From Candidatus Omnitrophota bacterium (GTDB taxonomy: Bacteria > Omnitrophota > Gorgyraeia > Gygaellales > Profunditerraquicolaceae), in NCBI GenBank assembly GCA_016931435.1, contig JAFGET010000109.1:1-41913 (forward strand): a stretch of 41,913 bases of DNA, read 5' to 3'. A program made the translations under genes and the position numbers. This document shows, piece by piece, positions 7,140 to 17,354 of this stretch. The notes under the pieces were generated by a model. That model had not been told where the DNA came from. It made no database searches and was given only the letters and a program-made list of their open reading frames with translations. Position 1 is the stretch's first letter. Every line of letters begins with the position of its first letter.

Positions 7140-10100
7140 TGGTACTGCTGTAAGGATTGTACTTCCAGGTCTTTTTTAATAAGCGCCTCTATCCCGCTTA
7201 CAGTAGCCTGGGCCCCCGAGATCGTAGTAGTATAAGGGACATTATACAGTACCACGTGTGAGCGGATTTTGACCTCATCCTGCCGGGGAATTCTTCCTGA
7301 AGGCGTATTTATAACGAGTTGGATCTTGCCGTCCTTCATCAAATCCAGGAGATTCGGCCTGCCTTCCGCTATTTTAGGCAATATTTTTACAGAGACGCCG
7401 CTTTTTTCTAAAGAGACGGCTGTCCCGGAAGTAGAATAAATGGAAAAGCCTAAATCCTGGAGCTTCTTTGCGATCATAATCACTGCGCGCTTATCTCTAT
7501 CTCTTACCGAGATAAAAACATTGCCTTTTTTTGGAAGATTCTGTCCGGCTGCTATTTGGCTTTTGATATAAGCGCGCGCAAAATCAGTATCAATACCCAT
7601 AACTTCTCCGGTAGAACGCATCTCAGGCCCTAAAATAATATCTACGCCGGGGAATCTGGCAAAAGGAAAAACCGATTCTTTTATCGCCACGTGTTTGGGG
7701 ATAATCTCCTGAGTGAAGCCTAAACTCTTCAGCTTTTTCCCCAACATTACCTTGGTAGCAAGTTTTGCCAGGGGCACGCCGATGACTTTTGAAACAAAAG
7801 GCACTGTCCGTGAAGCGCGAGGGTTCACTTCTAAGATATATACCTTATCGTCCTTAACCGCGTATTGCACGTTCATCAGTCCTAAAAGGTTCAATTCTTT
7901 AGCCATTTTGTAAGTAGCTTCCCTGATCTTATTCAATATATCCGAAGATAAACTGTAGGGAGGCAGGACCATTGCAGAATCTCCGGAATGTATCCCTGCT
8001 TCTTCAATATGCTCCATGATCCCTCCGATGACAAAGGTATCTCCATCGCCGATCACATCCACGTCTGCCTCAATGGCGTCCTCAAGGAATTTATCGATTA
8101 GGATCGGGTGTTCGCCGGAAACACTGGCTGCTTCATGGATGAATTTCTCCAAGGTCGACTCATCGTAGACGATCTCCATCGCCCGTCCGCCTAAAACATA
8201 AGAAGGGCGCACCAAAACCGGATATCCTATTTTTGCTGCCACCTGTTTTGCTTCCTGGAAAGTAAAGGCTGTGCCGCTTTCAGGCTGCAGGAGTTTTAAC
8301 TTTTCAAGCATTTGCTTAAAACGCTTTCTATCTTCGGCGATATCGATATTCTCCGCGCTTGTGCCCAAGATATGCACTCCGGCATTACGCAGGGCAACGC
8401 TTAAGTTAAGCGGGGTCTGGCCTCCGAACTGCACGATTGCTCCCATTGGCTTCTCAAGCTCGATCACATTTAGAATATCCTCTAAGGTGAGTGGCTCAAA
8501 ATATAGCCTGTCTGAGGTGTCGTAATCGGTCGAGACAGTCTCGGGGTTACAATTGATCATGATGCTATCAATGCCTTCTTCGCGAAGCGCGTAAGCGGCA
8601 TGGCAGCAACAATAGTCAAACTCTATCCCCTGGCCGATGCGGTTGGGGCCGCCGCCTAAGATCACTACTTTTTTGTTTTTGCTCGGCCGGCCTTCTTCCT
8701 GTGTTTCGTAGGTAGAATAAAAATATGGCTGCTTGGCGGTGAATTCTCCGGCGCAGGTATCGACAAGTTTATAGACGTTCTTGGTATTATTTTTCTTGCG
8801 GAATTTACGCACTGCCTCCTCCTTGGAATTCAATAGATGGCTTAATTGCCGGTCAGAAAAACCGTCTTTTTTGGCCTCAAGCAATAATTCAACGGGGATC
8901 TTTAATTCGTCTTCGGAATGCTTATTCCGGAACTTTTTGATTTCTTCTTCCGTCTCAACTAATTCTTTCATATTATCTATAAACCAACGGTCTATGCGCG
9001 AGAGATGATAGATATCTTCGCAGGATAACCCGGCCTTTAAAGCATACCTGATATAAAATAATCTTTCGTCGTTAGGTATACGTATTTTGTCTTTGATTAA
9101 TTTCATCAATTCATTACCAGGCCTTAGCAGTTCTTCATCGGTAATTTTATCCTTTCCGTCTGCTCCGAAGCCAAACCTTCCGGTTTCGATAGAGCGGATG
9201 CCTTTCTGCAAGGCTTCCTTAAAATTCCTTCCTATGGACATTGCCTCTCCCACAGCCTTCATAGAGGTATTTATGAGGCGTTCGCATTTGGGGAATTTTT
9301 CAAAAGTAAACCTGCAGATCTTAAAAACGCAGTAATCTACCGTCGGCTCAAAAAAAGAAGTCGTCTTGGCGGTGATCTGGTTCATCACTTCGGGCAGGCT
9401 TAAGCCTACTGCCAGTTTGGTAGCGACTCTTGCGATAGGAAACCCGGTGGCCTTTGAGGCCAAAGCAGATGAGCGGGAAAGCCGGGGGTTGACTTCAATG
9501 ATTACGATTTGCCCGTTATTAGGATTTTGCCCGAATTGAATATTAGCTCCGCCTCCCGATACCCCTATGCGGCGGATAATTTTTTTAGAAAGATTGACGA
9601 AATTCGTATATTCTTCCGCAGTCAAAGTCTGCGCGGGAGCGACAACAATACTATCTCCCGTATGCACTCCCATGGGGTCTACGTTTTCCATCGAGGTGAT
9701 CATGATCACGTTATCCGCGCAATCACGCATGACCTCAAACTCGATCTCCTTCCATCCTAAGACCGACTGCTCCACCAAAACCTGGTGCACGGGGCTAGTG
9801 TCTAGGCCCTTATCAAGGAACTTTCCCAATTCTTCTTTGTTATAAGCAGTCGCTCCGCCGCTTCCTCCCAAACAGTAAGCGGGCCTTAAGATCAAAGGAA
9901 AACCGATATTTGATCCTATCCTTAATCCTTCTTCTACAGAAGTAGCAATCCCGCTCTTAGGGACATCGATCCCTATTTCTTGCATGGCTTTTTTAAACAA
10001 TAGCCGGTCTTCTGCGCAGGATATCGCCTCAACCGATGCCCCGATCGATTCAACGCCGTATTTTTTTAAAATCCCTTCTTTCATCAAAAAGAAAGCCAGG

Positions 10101-10390
10101 TTTAAACCGGTCTGGCCTCCTAAGGTCGGCAAAATCGCATCCGGCCGCTCTTTGGCGATAATTTTAGTCACCATTTCAACATTCAACGGCTCGATATAGG
10201 TGACATCGGCCATTCCCGGATCAGTCATAATGGTGGCGGGGTTAGAATTTACAAGAATGGTATAATACCCTTCTTCTCTTAGTGCCTTGCAGGCCTGGGA
10301 ACCGGAATAGTCGAATTCACAGGCCTGGCCGATAACGATAGGGCCCGAGCCGATCATTAAAATCCTTTTAATATCTTTTCTTTTTGGCAT
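7115..10390 (-). CDS. carB: carbamoyl-phosphate synthase large subunit
   Basis: Duplicated ATP-grasp halves ([22 protein letters not shown]; [22 protein letters not shown]) and a C-terminal MGS-like domain. I prefer the ATG at 10390 ([11 protein letters not shown]) with GGAG 8 nt upstream. Confidence 0.95.
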   Translation of the reverse strand: MPKRKDIKRILMIGSGPIVIGQACEFDYSGSQACKALREEGYYTILVNSNPATIMTDPGMADVTYIEPLNVEMVTKIIAKERPDAILPTLGGQTGLNLAFFLMKEGILKKYGVESIGASVEAISCAEDRLLFKKAMQEIGIDVPKSGIATSVEEGLRIGSNIGFPLILRPAYCLGGSGGATAYNKEELGKFLDKGLDTSPVHQVLVEQSVLGWKEIEFEVMRDCADNVIMITSMENVDPMGVHTGDSIVVAPAQTLTAEEYTNFVNLSKKIIRRIGVSGGGANIQFGQNPNNGQIVIIEVNPRLSRSSALASKATGFPIARVATKLAVGLSLPEVMNQITAKTTSFFEPTVDYCVFKICRFTFEKFPKCERLINTSMKAVGEAMSIGRNFKEALQKGIRSIETGRFGFGADGKDKITDEELLRPGNELMKLIKDKIRIPNDERLFYIRYALKAGLSCEDIYHLSRIDRWFIDNMKELVETEEEIKKFRNKHSEDELKIPVELLLEAKKDGFSDRQLSHLLNSKEEAVRKFRKKNNTKNVYKLVDTCAGEFTAKQPYFYSTYETQEEGRPSKNKKVVILGGGPNRIGQGIEFDYCCCHAAYALREEGIDSIMINCNPETVSTDYDTSDRLYFEPLTLEDILNVIELEKPMGAIVQFGGQTPLNLSVALRNAGVHILGTSAENIDIAEDRKRFKQMLEKLKLLQPESGTAFTFQEAKQVAAKIGYPVLVRPSYVLGGRAMEIVYDESTLEKFIHEAASVSGEHPILIDKFLEDAIEADVDVIGDGDTFVIGGIMEHIEEAGIHSGDSAMVLPPYSLSSDILNKIREATYKMAKELNLLGLMNVQYAVKDDKVYILEVNPRASRTVPFVSKVIGVPLAKLATKVMLGKKLKSLGFTQEIIPKHVAIKESVFPFARFPGVDIILGPEMRSTGEVMGIDTDFARAYIKSQIAAGQNLPKKGNVFISVRDRDKRAVIMIAKKLQDLGFSIYSTSGTAVSLEKSGVSVKILPKIAEGRPNLLDLMKDGKIQLVINTPSGRIPRQDEVKIRSHVVLYNVPYTTTISGAQATVSGIEALIKKDLEVQSLQQYHKKAKGKR

Positions 10391-10454
10391 TATTTTCTCC
10401 TTCAATGAGCACATAATTTAGGCCTGCCGGCAGGCAAGCCGCGGATCGCCCTTG

Positions 10455-11531
10455 CTACTTCAACATCTTCGCAAACCTTTTAAAGATGTTATTTGTCTCA
10501 CCCAATCCCGGACTACACGGATAATACTGTGCTCCGATAACTTTAAGTTTTTTGCTCTCTATTTCTTCCACGCTGCGGTCATTTAAATTATGCGCGGTAA
10601 TTTTAATATCTCTGATTTTTTCCAATGATTCGGCATCTACGGTATACGCGTGGTTCTGCGTGGTGATCTCGCCTTTATAAGAAGCGGGGTCAGCGATAGG
10701 ATAATTGACTCCGCGGTGGCCGATCTTCAATTTACTCACCGTCCCTCCCAACGCTTTAGCTAACACCTGATGCCCGCAAGATATGCCTAATATCGGAAGG
10801 CGCCCGATCAAGGCTCTTATATTATCGGCTACTTTATCTAATCCCGCCTGCTCTTCCGGGCCTCCGGATAAAACCAGGGCTATGGGCCTATGGCGCAAGA
10901 TATCCTTAGGTTGAGTATTATATGGAAAAATCTCCAGGTTAAATCCCATGGCCTCAAGTTGATGGGTAATACTTTTCGTTATGCCCAGATCTAAAACCGC
11001 GATATTTCTTTTTTTTGATCTTCCCTTCCTAAGAATAACGGGGTTCTTGACTGAAACCTGCGGCAGAAAACTTTCCTTTTGGTTTTTGCGGAACGCCTCG
11101 ATTTTAGATAGGAGCCGCTTGGTTTCAAAATCTTCTGTGGAAACAATCCCTAAGAGTTCTCCTTTTTGCCTTAAGTGTACCATAAGGGTCCGCGTATCCA
11201 ACTCGTAGGCCACAAATAATTTATTTTCCTTAACATAATCATCAAAGCTTTGGCGAGCCTGCCAATTGGAAGATATGCGGGTTTTTTCTTTAATTACCAG
11301 CGCCGCCGGCCAGATTTTTTTTGACTCATTGAATTTAGGGGCGCAACCGTAATTTCCGATCAAAGGATAAGTAAGGACCAGGATCTTCCCGGCATTGGCA
11401 GGATCGGTAAGCATCTCCTGATAACCTACAACTGCGGTATTAAAAATAACCTGGCCTATCCTTTCACCGCAAGCGCCCATTGCTTCGGCCGTAAAGCTCT
11501 TTCCGTCTTCTAATAACAAAATCGCCTTCAT
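10455..11531 (-). CDS. carA: carbamoyl-phosphate synthase small (glutaminase) subunit
   Basis: N-terminus MKAILLLEDG..F.G; GIxTR-like DTRTLMVHLR; a class-I amidotransferase with GISCGHQ (catalytic Cys) and HNH..D. Confidence 0.95.
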   Translation of the reverse strand: MKAILLLEDGKSFTAEAMGACGERIGQVIFNTAVVGYQEMLTDPANAGKILVLTYPLIGNYGCAPKFNESKKIWPAALVIKEKTRISSNWQARQSFDDYVKENKLFVAYELDTRTLMVHLRQKGELLGIVSTEDFETKRLLSKIEAFRKNQKESFLPQVSVKNPVILRKGRSKKRNIAVLDLGITKSITHQLEAMGFNLEIFPYNTQPKDILRHRPIALVLSGGPEEQAGLDKVADNIRALIGRLPILGISCGHQVLAKALGGTVSKLKIGHRGVNYPIADPASYKGEITTQNHAYTVDAESLEKIRDIKITAHNLNDRSVEEIESKKLKVIGAQYYPCSPGLGETNNIFKRFAKMLK

Positions 11532-11534
11532 AAA

Positions 11535-11990
11535 TCAGCTCCTCTTTAAAATGGTTTTTGCCGTATCTATCGCCTCGTCAATCGTGCCTGCCTTGATTAC
11601 CCCCGGAATATCCCAGGAATTAAGACTGACTACGGGGATACTAAATTGCAAACAATAGGCTATTTCGGAGAGGGTTCCAGATTCCCCGGGTAAAGCGATT
11701 ACAAAATCCGCGCTTTTTACTACTAACACATTCCTTGCCAATCCTAAGCCGGTAGGAATTACGATGTCTATAAAATTATTTGCGCTTTTTTTGTCGTAAC
11801 TTGGTATAATACCTAGAGTTATATTATTATTTGTTTTGAATCCTTTACATACCGCCCTCATTACCCCACTTAATCCACCACAAACTAAAATGTCAACCAC
11901 TTTATTAAGTTTTTTGCCTAATTTTTGGGCTAAATGCTCCACTTCTTTAGAACAATCATGCCCGCCTATAATACCTACAATCTTCTTACG
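11535..11990 (-). CDS. TIGR00725-type LOG/SLOG-like Rossmann protein
   Basis: IVGIIGG...LVCGGLSGVMRAVCKG...GIIP...IPTGLGLARNVLVVKSADFVIALPGESGTLSEIAY matches the pattern I recall for TIGR00725. The start MRKKIVG at 11990 is preferred over 12020. Confidence 0.7.
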   Translation of the reverse strand, partial: RKKIVGIIGGHDCSKEVEHLAQKLGKKLNKVVDILVCGGLSGVMRAVCKGFKTNNNITLGIIPSYDKKSANNFIDIVIPTGLGLARNVLVVKSADFVIALPGESGTLSEIAYCLQFSIPVVSLNSWDIPGVIKAGTIDEAIDTAKTILKRS

Positions 11991-12177
11991 CATTATAATA
12001 TCTTTTCCCCTCGCCAACATCTGAACCGTGAAATTACCCGGGGTAAATTCGCTAATTACGAGGACCGATGCGAATTTATGCGCCTGGACAGAATTACCGC
12101 TCAGCTACCTAAATCTAGGGCGGTATCCCGACTGCTATTACAGAGCTTGTCGGGAGAACTGTCATTTTGAATATTCT

Positions 12178-12249
12178 TGCGCCTGACAGGAATCGAACCT
12201 GTATCACTAGCTCCGGAGGCTAGTGCCCTATCCGTTGGGCCACAGGCGC
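12178..12249 (-). tRNA. tRNA-Arg (anticodon CCG)
   Basis: The reverse complement GCGCCTGTGGCCCAACGGATAGGGCACTAGCCTCCGGAGCTAGTGATACAGGTTCGATTCCTGTCAGGCGCA folds as a cloverleaf. It has a 7-bp acceptor stem, anticodon stem CTAGC/GCTAG, loop CT-CCG-GA, and T-loop TTCGATT. No CCA is encoded. Confidence 0.9.
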
Positions 12250-12253
12250 GTCA

Positions 12254-12544
12254 TCAATACCCTCCCTCAAAATAAGTTTCGTATCCTGTGACTTTATTTA
12301 TAGCTTCGCTATAGGTCATCCTATAAAGCGTCTTTTCAAAATGCCTGAGACGCCCCCTATTAAAGCCGTTTATCGTAATCATCACGTGCCCTAAAGGAAT
12401 TTCTTTAGAAAGGATCACCAGCCTAAAGACCACAGAACTATAATCCCTATTTGAATTATTAGTTATATCTCCGGAAACAGCCAAGGCATCCTCAGAACTG
12501 TCTCTTTTAAAAACCACATTATCAAAATTAAACTTTTGCAGCAT
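12254..12544 (-). CDS. hypothetical small protein (96 aa)
   Basis: The ORF fills the gap between the EndoQ-like gene (9-nt spacer) and tRNA-Arg in the same orientation. No motif recognised. Confidence 0.4.
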   Translation of the reverse strand: MLQKFNFDNVVFKRDSSEDALAVSGDITNNSNRDYSSVVFRLVILSKEIPLGHVMITINGFNRGRLRHFEKTLYRMTYSEAINKVTGYETYFEGGY

Positions 12545-12553
12545 AATGACCCT

Positions 12554-13792
12554 TTAAAAAAGGCTTAGTTGTTTTTCTTCTTTAGGCTCTTTTCCTTCGT
12601 CTCCAAAAATCGAAATAATCCCGTATTCCCCGTCATAACCTGCCTGGATACTGACTTTTGCCTCTCTCACCCTGATTATGCCTTCGGCGATACGCCTTGG
12701 TAATTTTTTCAATAGATCTTCCTGAGAAAACTTTAATAAAATATCGAACTCTGCCCCGAATTGGCTTATCAGGCTGCGGTATTCTTTCTCTACTCCCACC
12801 GAAGTCTTAGACACCCCTTTTGCCTCAGCGATGATCTCATCTAAAGGTATAAGGCTTTTAAAGGGGATGCTGTTAGAAGGAACATACCCTTGCGGACGGT
12901 CTGCCAGTTGCTCTATCCTGTTCATCACCCCTACAGTCACTGCCTTTCCGCACTCAGGGCACCTGCCTTGATATTTACGGGTCTCCTGCGGAGATAGGCG
13001 TACTTTACATAAACGATGGCCGTCAAAGTGATATTTCCCCTCTTCCGGATAAAATTCAACGGTATATAAAAATCTTTCTTTGTCTTTCGTCTTCAATACA
13101 TCCCGGATAGTCATGTAATCTAAATCGCAGTTAAAGACATTGGCTTCGCGCCCTATCTTGGCAGGAGAGTGCGAATCGCTGTTTGAAACCAGGGTAAAAC
13201 GGTCAAGCTTACTTAACCGCCAGTTCATCGCCGGATCCGAAGAAAGGCCCGTTTCCAAAGCAAATATCTTGGGCGTCTGTTTTTCAAAACAATCTTCTAT
13301 CTTATTGAACCCGGACATGGAGCCAAAAAGAGAAAACCATGGGGTCCAGATATGCCCTGGGATGACCATGCAATTTTCATCTATATCAAAAATGATTTCC
13401 GCCAGGTTTTCGGCGTCCATGCCTAATATAGGCCTGCCGTCAGAAGCAAGGTTACCGTAGCGCGATAATGTATCGTTTATTTTATCCGTTGTTTTAAAAG
13501 AAGGGCTTAAGACTACGTTGTGTATACGGTAACCCCTGCCGTTCTTTGAATATATGCTGCTTATCTCGGCTGACAAAATAAAATACACCCCTTGGTACTT
13601 AAAAAGGCCGTTTCCTAAGTCTTCTAAATTATGTTTTAATTCTTCCAGCCAAAGGTGGTGGGTGAAATCACCCGTACCCATCAGGGTAATGCCCTTAGAT
13701 TTAGCCCACTGGGCGATATGGACGATATCCATATCTTTGGAAGTAGCGCGGCTGTATTTGGAATGAATGTGAAAATCGGCTATAAATTCCAT
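12554..13792 (-). CDS. endonuclease Q-like PHP-domain nuclease (TIGR00375 family)
   Basis: ADFHIHSKYSRATS, GTGDFTH, DGRP, GHIWTPW, ETGLSSD, SNSDSHSP, IGREAN, EEGKYH, the Zn ribbon CKV...CPECGK, and C-terminal GYDGEYG. These line up with the motifs I recall for archaeal/Bacillus EndoQ. Confidence 0.75.
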   Translation of the reverse strand: MEFIADFHIHSKYSRATSKDMDIVHIAQWAKSKGITLMGTGDFTHHLWLEELKHNLEDLGNGLFKYQGVYFILSAEISSIYSKNGRGYRIHNVVLSPSFKTTDKINDTLSRYGNLASDGRPILGMDAENLAEIIFDIDENCMVIPGHIWTPWFSLFGSMSGFNKIEDCFEKQTPKIFALETGLSSDPAMNWRLSKLDRFTLVSNSDSHSPAKIGREANVFNCDLDYMTIRDVLKTKDKERFLYTVEFYPEEGKYHFDGHRLCKVRLSPQETRKYQGRCPECGKAVTVGVMNRIEQLADRPQGYVPSNSIPFKSLIPLDEIIAEAKGVSKTSVGVEKEYRSLISQFGAEFDILLKFSQEDLLKKLPRRIAEGIIRVREAKVSIQAGYDGEYGIISIFGDEGKEPKEEKQLSLF

Positions 13793-13823
13793 TTTCCCTC
13801 GCTTTGCCCGGGGAGATTATAGA

Positions 13824-14276
13824 TCAAGTTATCTCCTCCAGCGTCTTGGCAACATTGCCCCAATGCGTACCTTGCCAATAGATACGCCGGCATTGCGGGC
13901 AACCGATAAAGTCTTCCTGTGTTTTAAACACATATTCCGGGACCTTATCTTTGATCTTTGCCTTCGCTACGCTCTCAAGCGGCTTATTACAAAGTATGCA
14001 GCGCGTAAACATCTCTTGGGGCTTGGGCCTTATATCTAAAGCCTTTAAAACCTCTACCACTTGGTCCTTGATCTTCTGGCTATGTATAAACAGGATCTTA
14101 ATCGCAGTTGCTTTAGGTAAACGGTGGTTACGGGTCAAGATTATCCGCTCGTCTTTTAAGGCGGCGATAAGCAGGGAACTTAAATTATCCTGTTTAAAAT
14201 ATTCGGCGTCATAACCTAAAATCCTCAGCCACTTCAAAAGCCTGCCTAATTCTTTAGTGACGATAAACTTCATCAC
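13824..14276 (-). CDS. Mut7-C (DUF82) PIN-like RNase domain protein with C-terminal Zn ribbon
   Basis: MKFIVTKELGRLLKWLRILGYDA is a typical Mut7-C N-terminus. The C-terminus has CILCNKPL...CPQCRRIYWQGTHW. Overlaps the pyrC stop by 23 nt. Confidence 0.75.
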   Translation of the reverse strand: MMKFIVTKELGRLLKWLRILGYDAEYFKQDNLSSLLIAALKDERIILTRNHRLPKATAIKILFIHSQKIKDQVVEVLKALDIRPKPQEMFTRCILCNKPLESVAKAKIKDKVPEYVFKTQEDFIGCPQCRRIYWQGTHWGNVAKTLEEIT

Positions 14277-15555
14277 TGTACACCACTTCTCCCCGGCAAA
14301 CGGTATATTCTACGACTACCGGTAAATCCAATCCCAGAAAAGCCGAATTTTTAGACTTAGAGACCAGGTTGTCTTCGCTGACTTTCCATTTTTTATCGGC
14401 AGAAAAAATTACGATATCCGCATCTTGCCCAAGGCTAAGCGTCCCTTTATTGATACCTAAAATCTTTGCCGGGTTAAGGGACATTTTTTCTACCAGCTGA
14501 GGCCAACTCAATATCCCTTTATGCACTAATTCGCGGGCGCTCACTGCAAGCTCCGTTTCAAGCCCGATTACGCCGAATTCCGCTTGTTCAAACTCAATAT
14601 CTTTTTCATTTTTTGTGTGTGGGGCGTGATCGGATGCGATTATATCGATTACCCCATCAGCCAAACCCTGCTTTATCGCGGCAACGTCTTCTTTTCCCCT
14701 TAGGGGAGGGTTCATTTTCATGTTCGTATCATAACCCAATACTGAATCTTCGGTTAAGGCAAAATAATGAGGCGCGGTTTCTGCTGTGATCTTTAACCCT
14801 TTTTTCTTCGCCTGAAATATCAGCTCTACGGACTCGCGGCAGCTGACATGGGCGATATGAAGGCGAGCTTTGGATTTTTGCGCCAAGAATATATCTCTTT
14901 TTACTCGCCCGTATTCAGACTCGCGCGAAATCCCCCTAAGCCCCATGCGCGTTGAAGTCAACCCTAAATTCACTACGCCGTTCTTAGAAAGGCCCTTGTC
15001 TTCGCTATGGCAGATCACTAAAACCTTCTCTTCCCTTGCCTTTGATAGAGCCTTCAACATTAATTTATCGCAATCTACGGAAGAGCCGTCGTCTGAAATA
15101 GCCACTACGCCTTCTTTTTTTAACTTTGCTATATCGGTTAGCTCCTCACCTTTTCTACCCTTGGTGACCGCCGCGCAAATAAATACTCTTACCGCTGCGC
15201 TATTTTTTATGCTTTCTTTTAAAAGCCTGACGTTTTCCGGGCAATCTATCGCCGGCTGGGTATTAGGCATCGCCAAAACCGAAGTAACCCCGCCTTTAGC
15301 AGCAGCCTTTGTGCCGGAAGCTACGGTCTCTTTATCTTTTCTTCCCGGCTCTCTAAGATGCACGTGCATATCCACGAGCCCAGGCACGATAATTCTCCCG
15401 GAGGCATCTATCACTAAAGAAGAATTTACTTTGATATCCTTCCCCACTTGAATGATCTTGCCTGCGCCTATAAGGATATCCCCGATATCATCAAGTTTGT
15501 TCGCTGGATCAATCAGCCGTCCGCCCTTGATCAAAATCTTATTATTTTTATTCAT
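14254..15555 (-). CDS. pyrC: dihydroorotase
   Basis: PGLVDMHVHLREPG metal-binding motif, the amidohydrolase fold, and ASDHAPH. Confidence 0.9.
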   Translation of the reverse strand: MNKNNKILIKGGRLIDPANKLDDIGDILIGAGKIIQVGKDIKVNSSLVIDASGRIIVPGLVDMHVHLREPGRKDKETVASGTKAAAKGGVTSVLAMPNTQPAIDCPENVRLLKESIKNSAAVRVFICAAVTKGRKGEELTDIAKLKKEGVVAISDDGSSVDCDKLMLKALSKAREEKVLVICHSEDKGLSKNGVVNLGLTSTRMGLRGISRESEYGRVKRDIFLAQKSKARLHIAHVSCRESVELIFQAKKKGLKITAETAPHYFALTEDSVLGYDTNMKMNPPLRGKEDVAAIKQGLADGVIDIIASDHAPHTKNEKDIEFEQAEFGVIGLETELAVSARELVHKGILSWPQLVEKMSLNPAKILGINKGTLSLGQDADIVIFSADKKWKVSEDNLVSKSKNSAFLGLDLPVVVEYTVCRGEVVYSDEVYRH

Positions 15556-16492
15556 GCGCTTCTGTTTTCCGGCTGTCCGAGGCTTGCGCTACTAAAAATA
15601 ATACCGCCATCCTCACGGCAATGCCGTTTGTCACCTGCTCCAATATCACCGAATTCGCACCATCCGCTACTTCGCTGGACATCTCAATGCCGCGGTTGAT
15701 CGGTCCGGGATGCATCACTATTATATCTTTCTTGGCTTTTTTAAGCCTCTCTTGCGTCACCCCGAAAGCTTCCAAATATTCGAATTGGTTAGGAAAGGCT
15801 TTTTGTTCATCGCGCTCAAACTGCATCCTTAAGACATTCACCGCATCCGCATCGTGCAGGGCTTCATCGATATCATAGCTTATGCGCGCGCCCATCTCTT
15901 CTATACCCGGAGGCATAAGTATTCTTGGTGCGCAGACAGTTACCTGTGCCCCCAATTTAGCCAAGCCCCAGATGTTAGAACGCGCAACCCGTGAATGCGC
16001 TATATCCCCGACAATGCTGACCTTTAATCCTTCGATCCTGCCGAGTGTTTCCTTAAGGGTAAAAATATCCAGGAGCGCCTGGGTAGGATGTTCATGCCAT
16101 CCGTCTCCGGCATTGACCACGCTGATATTGACATTGCGGGCTAACATCGCAGCTGCGCCTGAAGCATTATGCCTGACTACAATAATATCCGCTTTCAAAG
16201 CCTCGATATTTCTTCCGGTGTCGATTAAGGTCTCTCCTTTGCGGGCGCTGGAGGCCTCTGCTGCTATATTAATCACATCCGCCGACAGCCTCTTTGCCGC
16301 TACTTCAAAAGAAACGCGGGTGCGGGTGGAAGGCTCATAAAAAAGGTTTACTACGGTCTTGCCGCGCAGCGCAGGGACTTTTTTTATCTCGCGCGTAGAG
16401 ACTTCTTTAAAAGATTCGGCGGTAGAAAGGATCAACTCCAGCTCTTCCTTACTCAGCTCCTCTAACCCTAACAAGTCTTTTCTAATCCACAT
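15548..16492 (-). CDS. pyrB: aspartate carbamoyltransferase catalytic subunit
   Basis: FYEPSTRTR, HPTQALLD and HPGP motifs. I prefer the ATG at 16492 (MWIRKDLLGLEEL). The track start at 16573 would overlap the pyrR 3' end. Confidence 0.9.
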   Translation of the reverse strand: MWIRKDLLGLEELSKEELELILSTAESFKEVSTREIKKVPALRGKTVVNLFYEPSTRTRVSFEVAAKRLSADVINIAAEASSARKGETLIDTGRNIEALKADIIVVRHNASGAAAMLARNVNISVVNAGDGWHEHPTQALLDIFTLKETLGRIEGLKVSIVGDIAHSRVARSNIWGLAKLGAQVTVCAPRILMPPGIEEMGARISYDIDEALHDADAVNVLRMQFERDEQKAFPNQFEYLEAFGVTQERLKKAKKDIIVMHPGPINRGIEMSSEVADGANSVILEQVTNGIAVRMAVLFLVAQASDSRKTEAHE

Positions 16493-16508
16493 TTTTTGTA
16501 ACAGGTAA

Positions 16509-17108
<600 letters not shown>

Positions 17109-17134
17109 TTACTGTTTTTATATTTCATTCTTTT

Positions 17135-17170
17135 AACCTTGCCGGTTTCACAAGAACCAGCTTAAAGGTT
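17135..17170 (-). promoter_or_regulatory. candidate PyrR-binding hairpin
   Basis: Minus strand: AACCTTTAAGCTGGTTCTTGTGAAACCGGCAAGGTT. Lower stem AACCTT/AAGGTT, a UAA-containing internal loop, and upper stem GCTGGTT/AACCGGC. The flanks UUUAA...GCAAGG resemble what I recall of PyrR binding loops. The terminal loop differs from the Bacillus CCAGAGAGG. Confidence 0.4.
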
Positions 17171-17176
17171 ATATTA

Positions 17177-17205
17177 ACTATACCATCCGCCTCCGGGATT
17201 GTCAA
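17177..17205 (-). promoter_or_regulatory. sigma70-type promoter of the pyr operon
   Basis: Minus strand: TTGACA (17205..17200), 17-nt spacer, TATAGT (17182..17177). Confidence 0.65.
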
Positions 17206-17267
17206 GTAAAGTTTCTTCGTTTTCTGCCGATATCGGTTTAGTTACTTTAAGCCCCGGCGACCCGTGG

Positions 17268-17340
17268 CCCATCGCCGGGGGACAATTCTATCAGAACTTT
17301 TTGTGTCACAATATGATATCCGAAAACGTTCCTGTTTGTT
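17268..17340. repeat. ~73-nt direct repeat, copy 1 (3' of the 486-aa gene)
   Basis: cccatcgccgggggacaattctatcagaactttttgtgtcacaatatgatatccgaaaacgttcc aligns with 18857..18930 at roughly 85% identity by eye. It is preceded by the 9-bp GC hairpin ccccggcga/tcgccgggg (17252..17280). Confidence 0.8.
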
Positions 17341-17354
17341 GATATCTGCCTTAA

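Noticed and set aside
10422-10440. A perfect 14-nt palindrome, gcctgccggcaggc, between carA and carB. It resembles caggcaggccgcgc at 4673..4686.
   Set aside because: The shared core (caggcaRgccgcg) is short and GC-rich, and there are only two occurrences. Chance cannot be excluded, so it is noted only as context.
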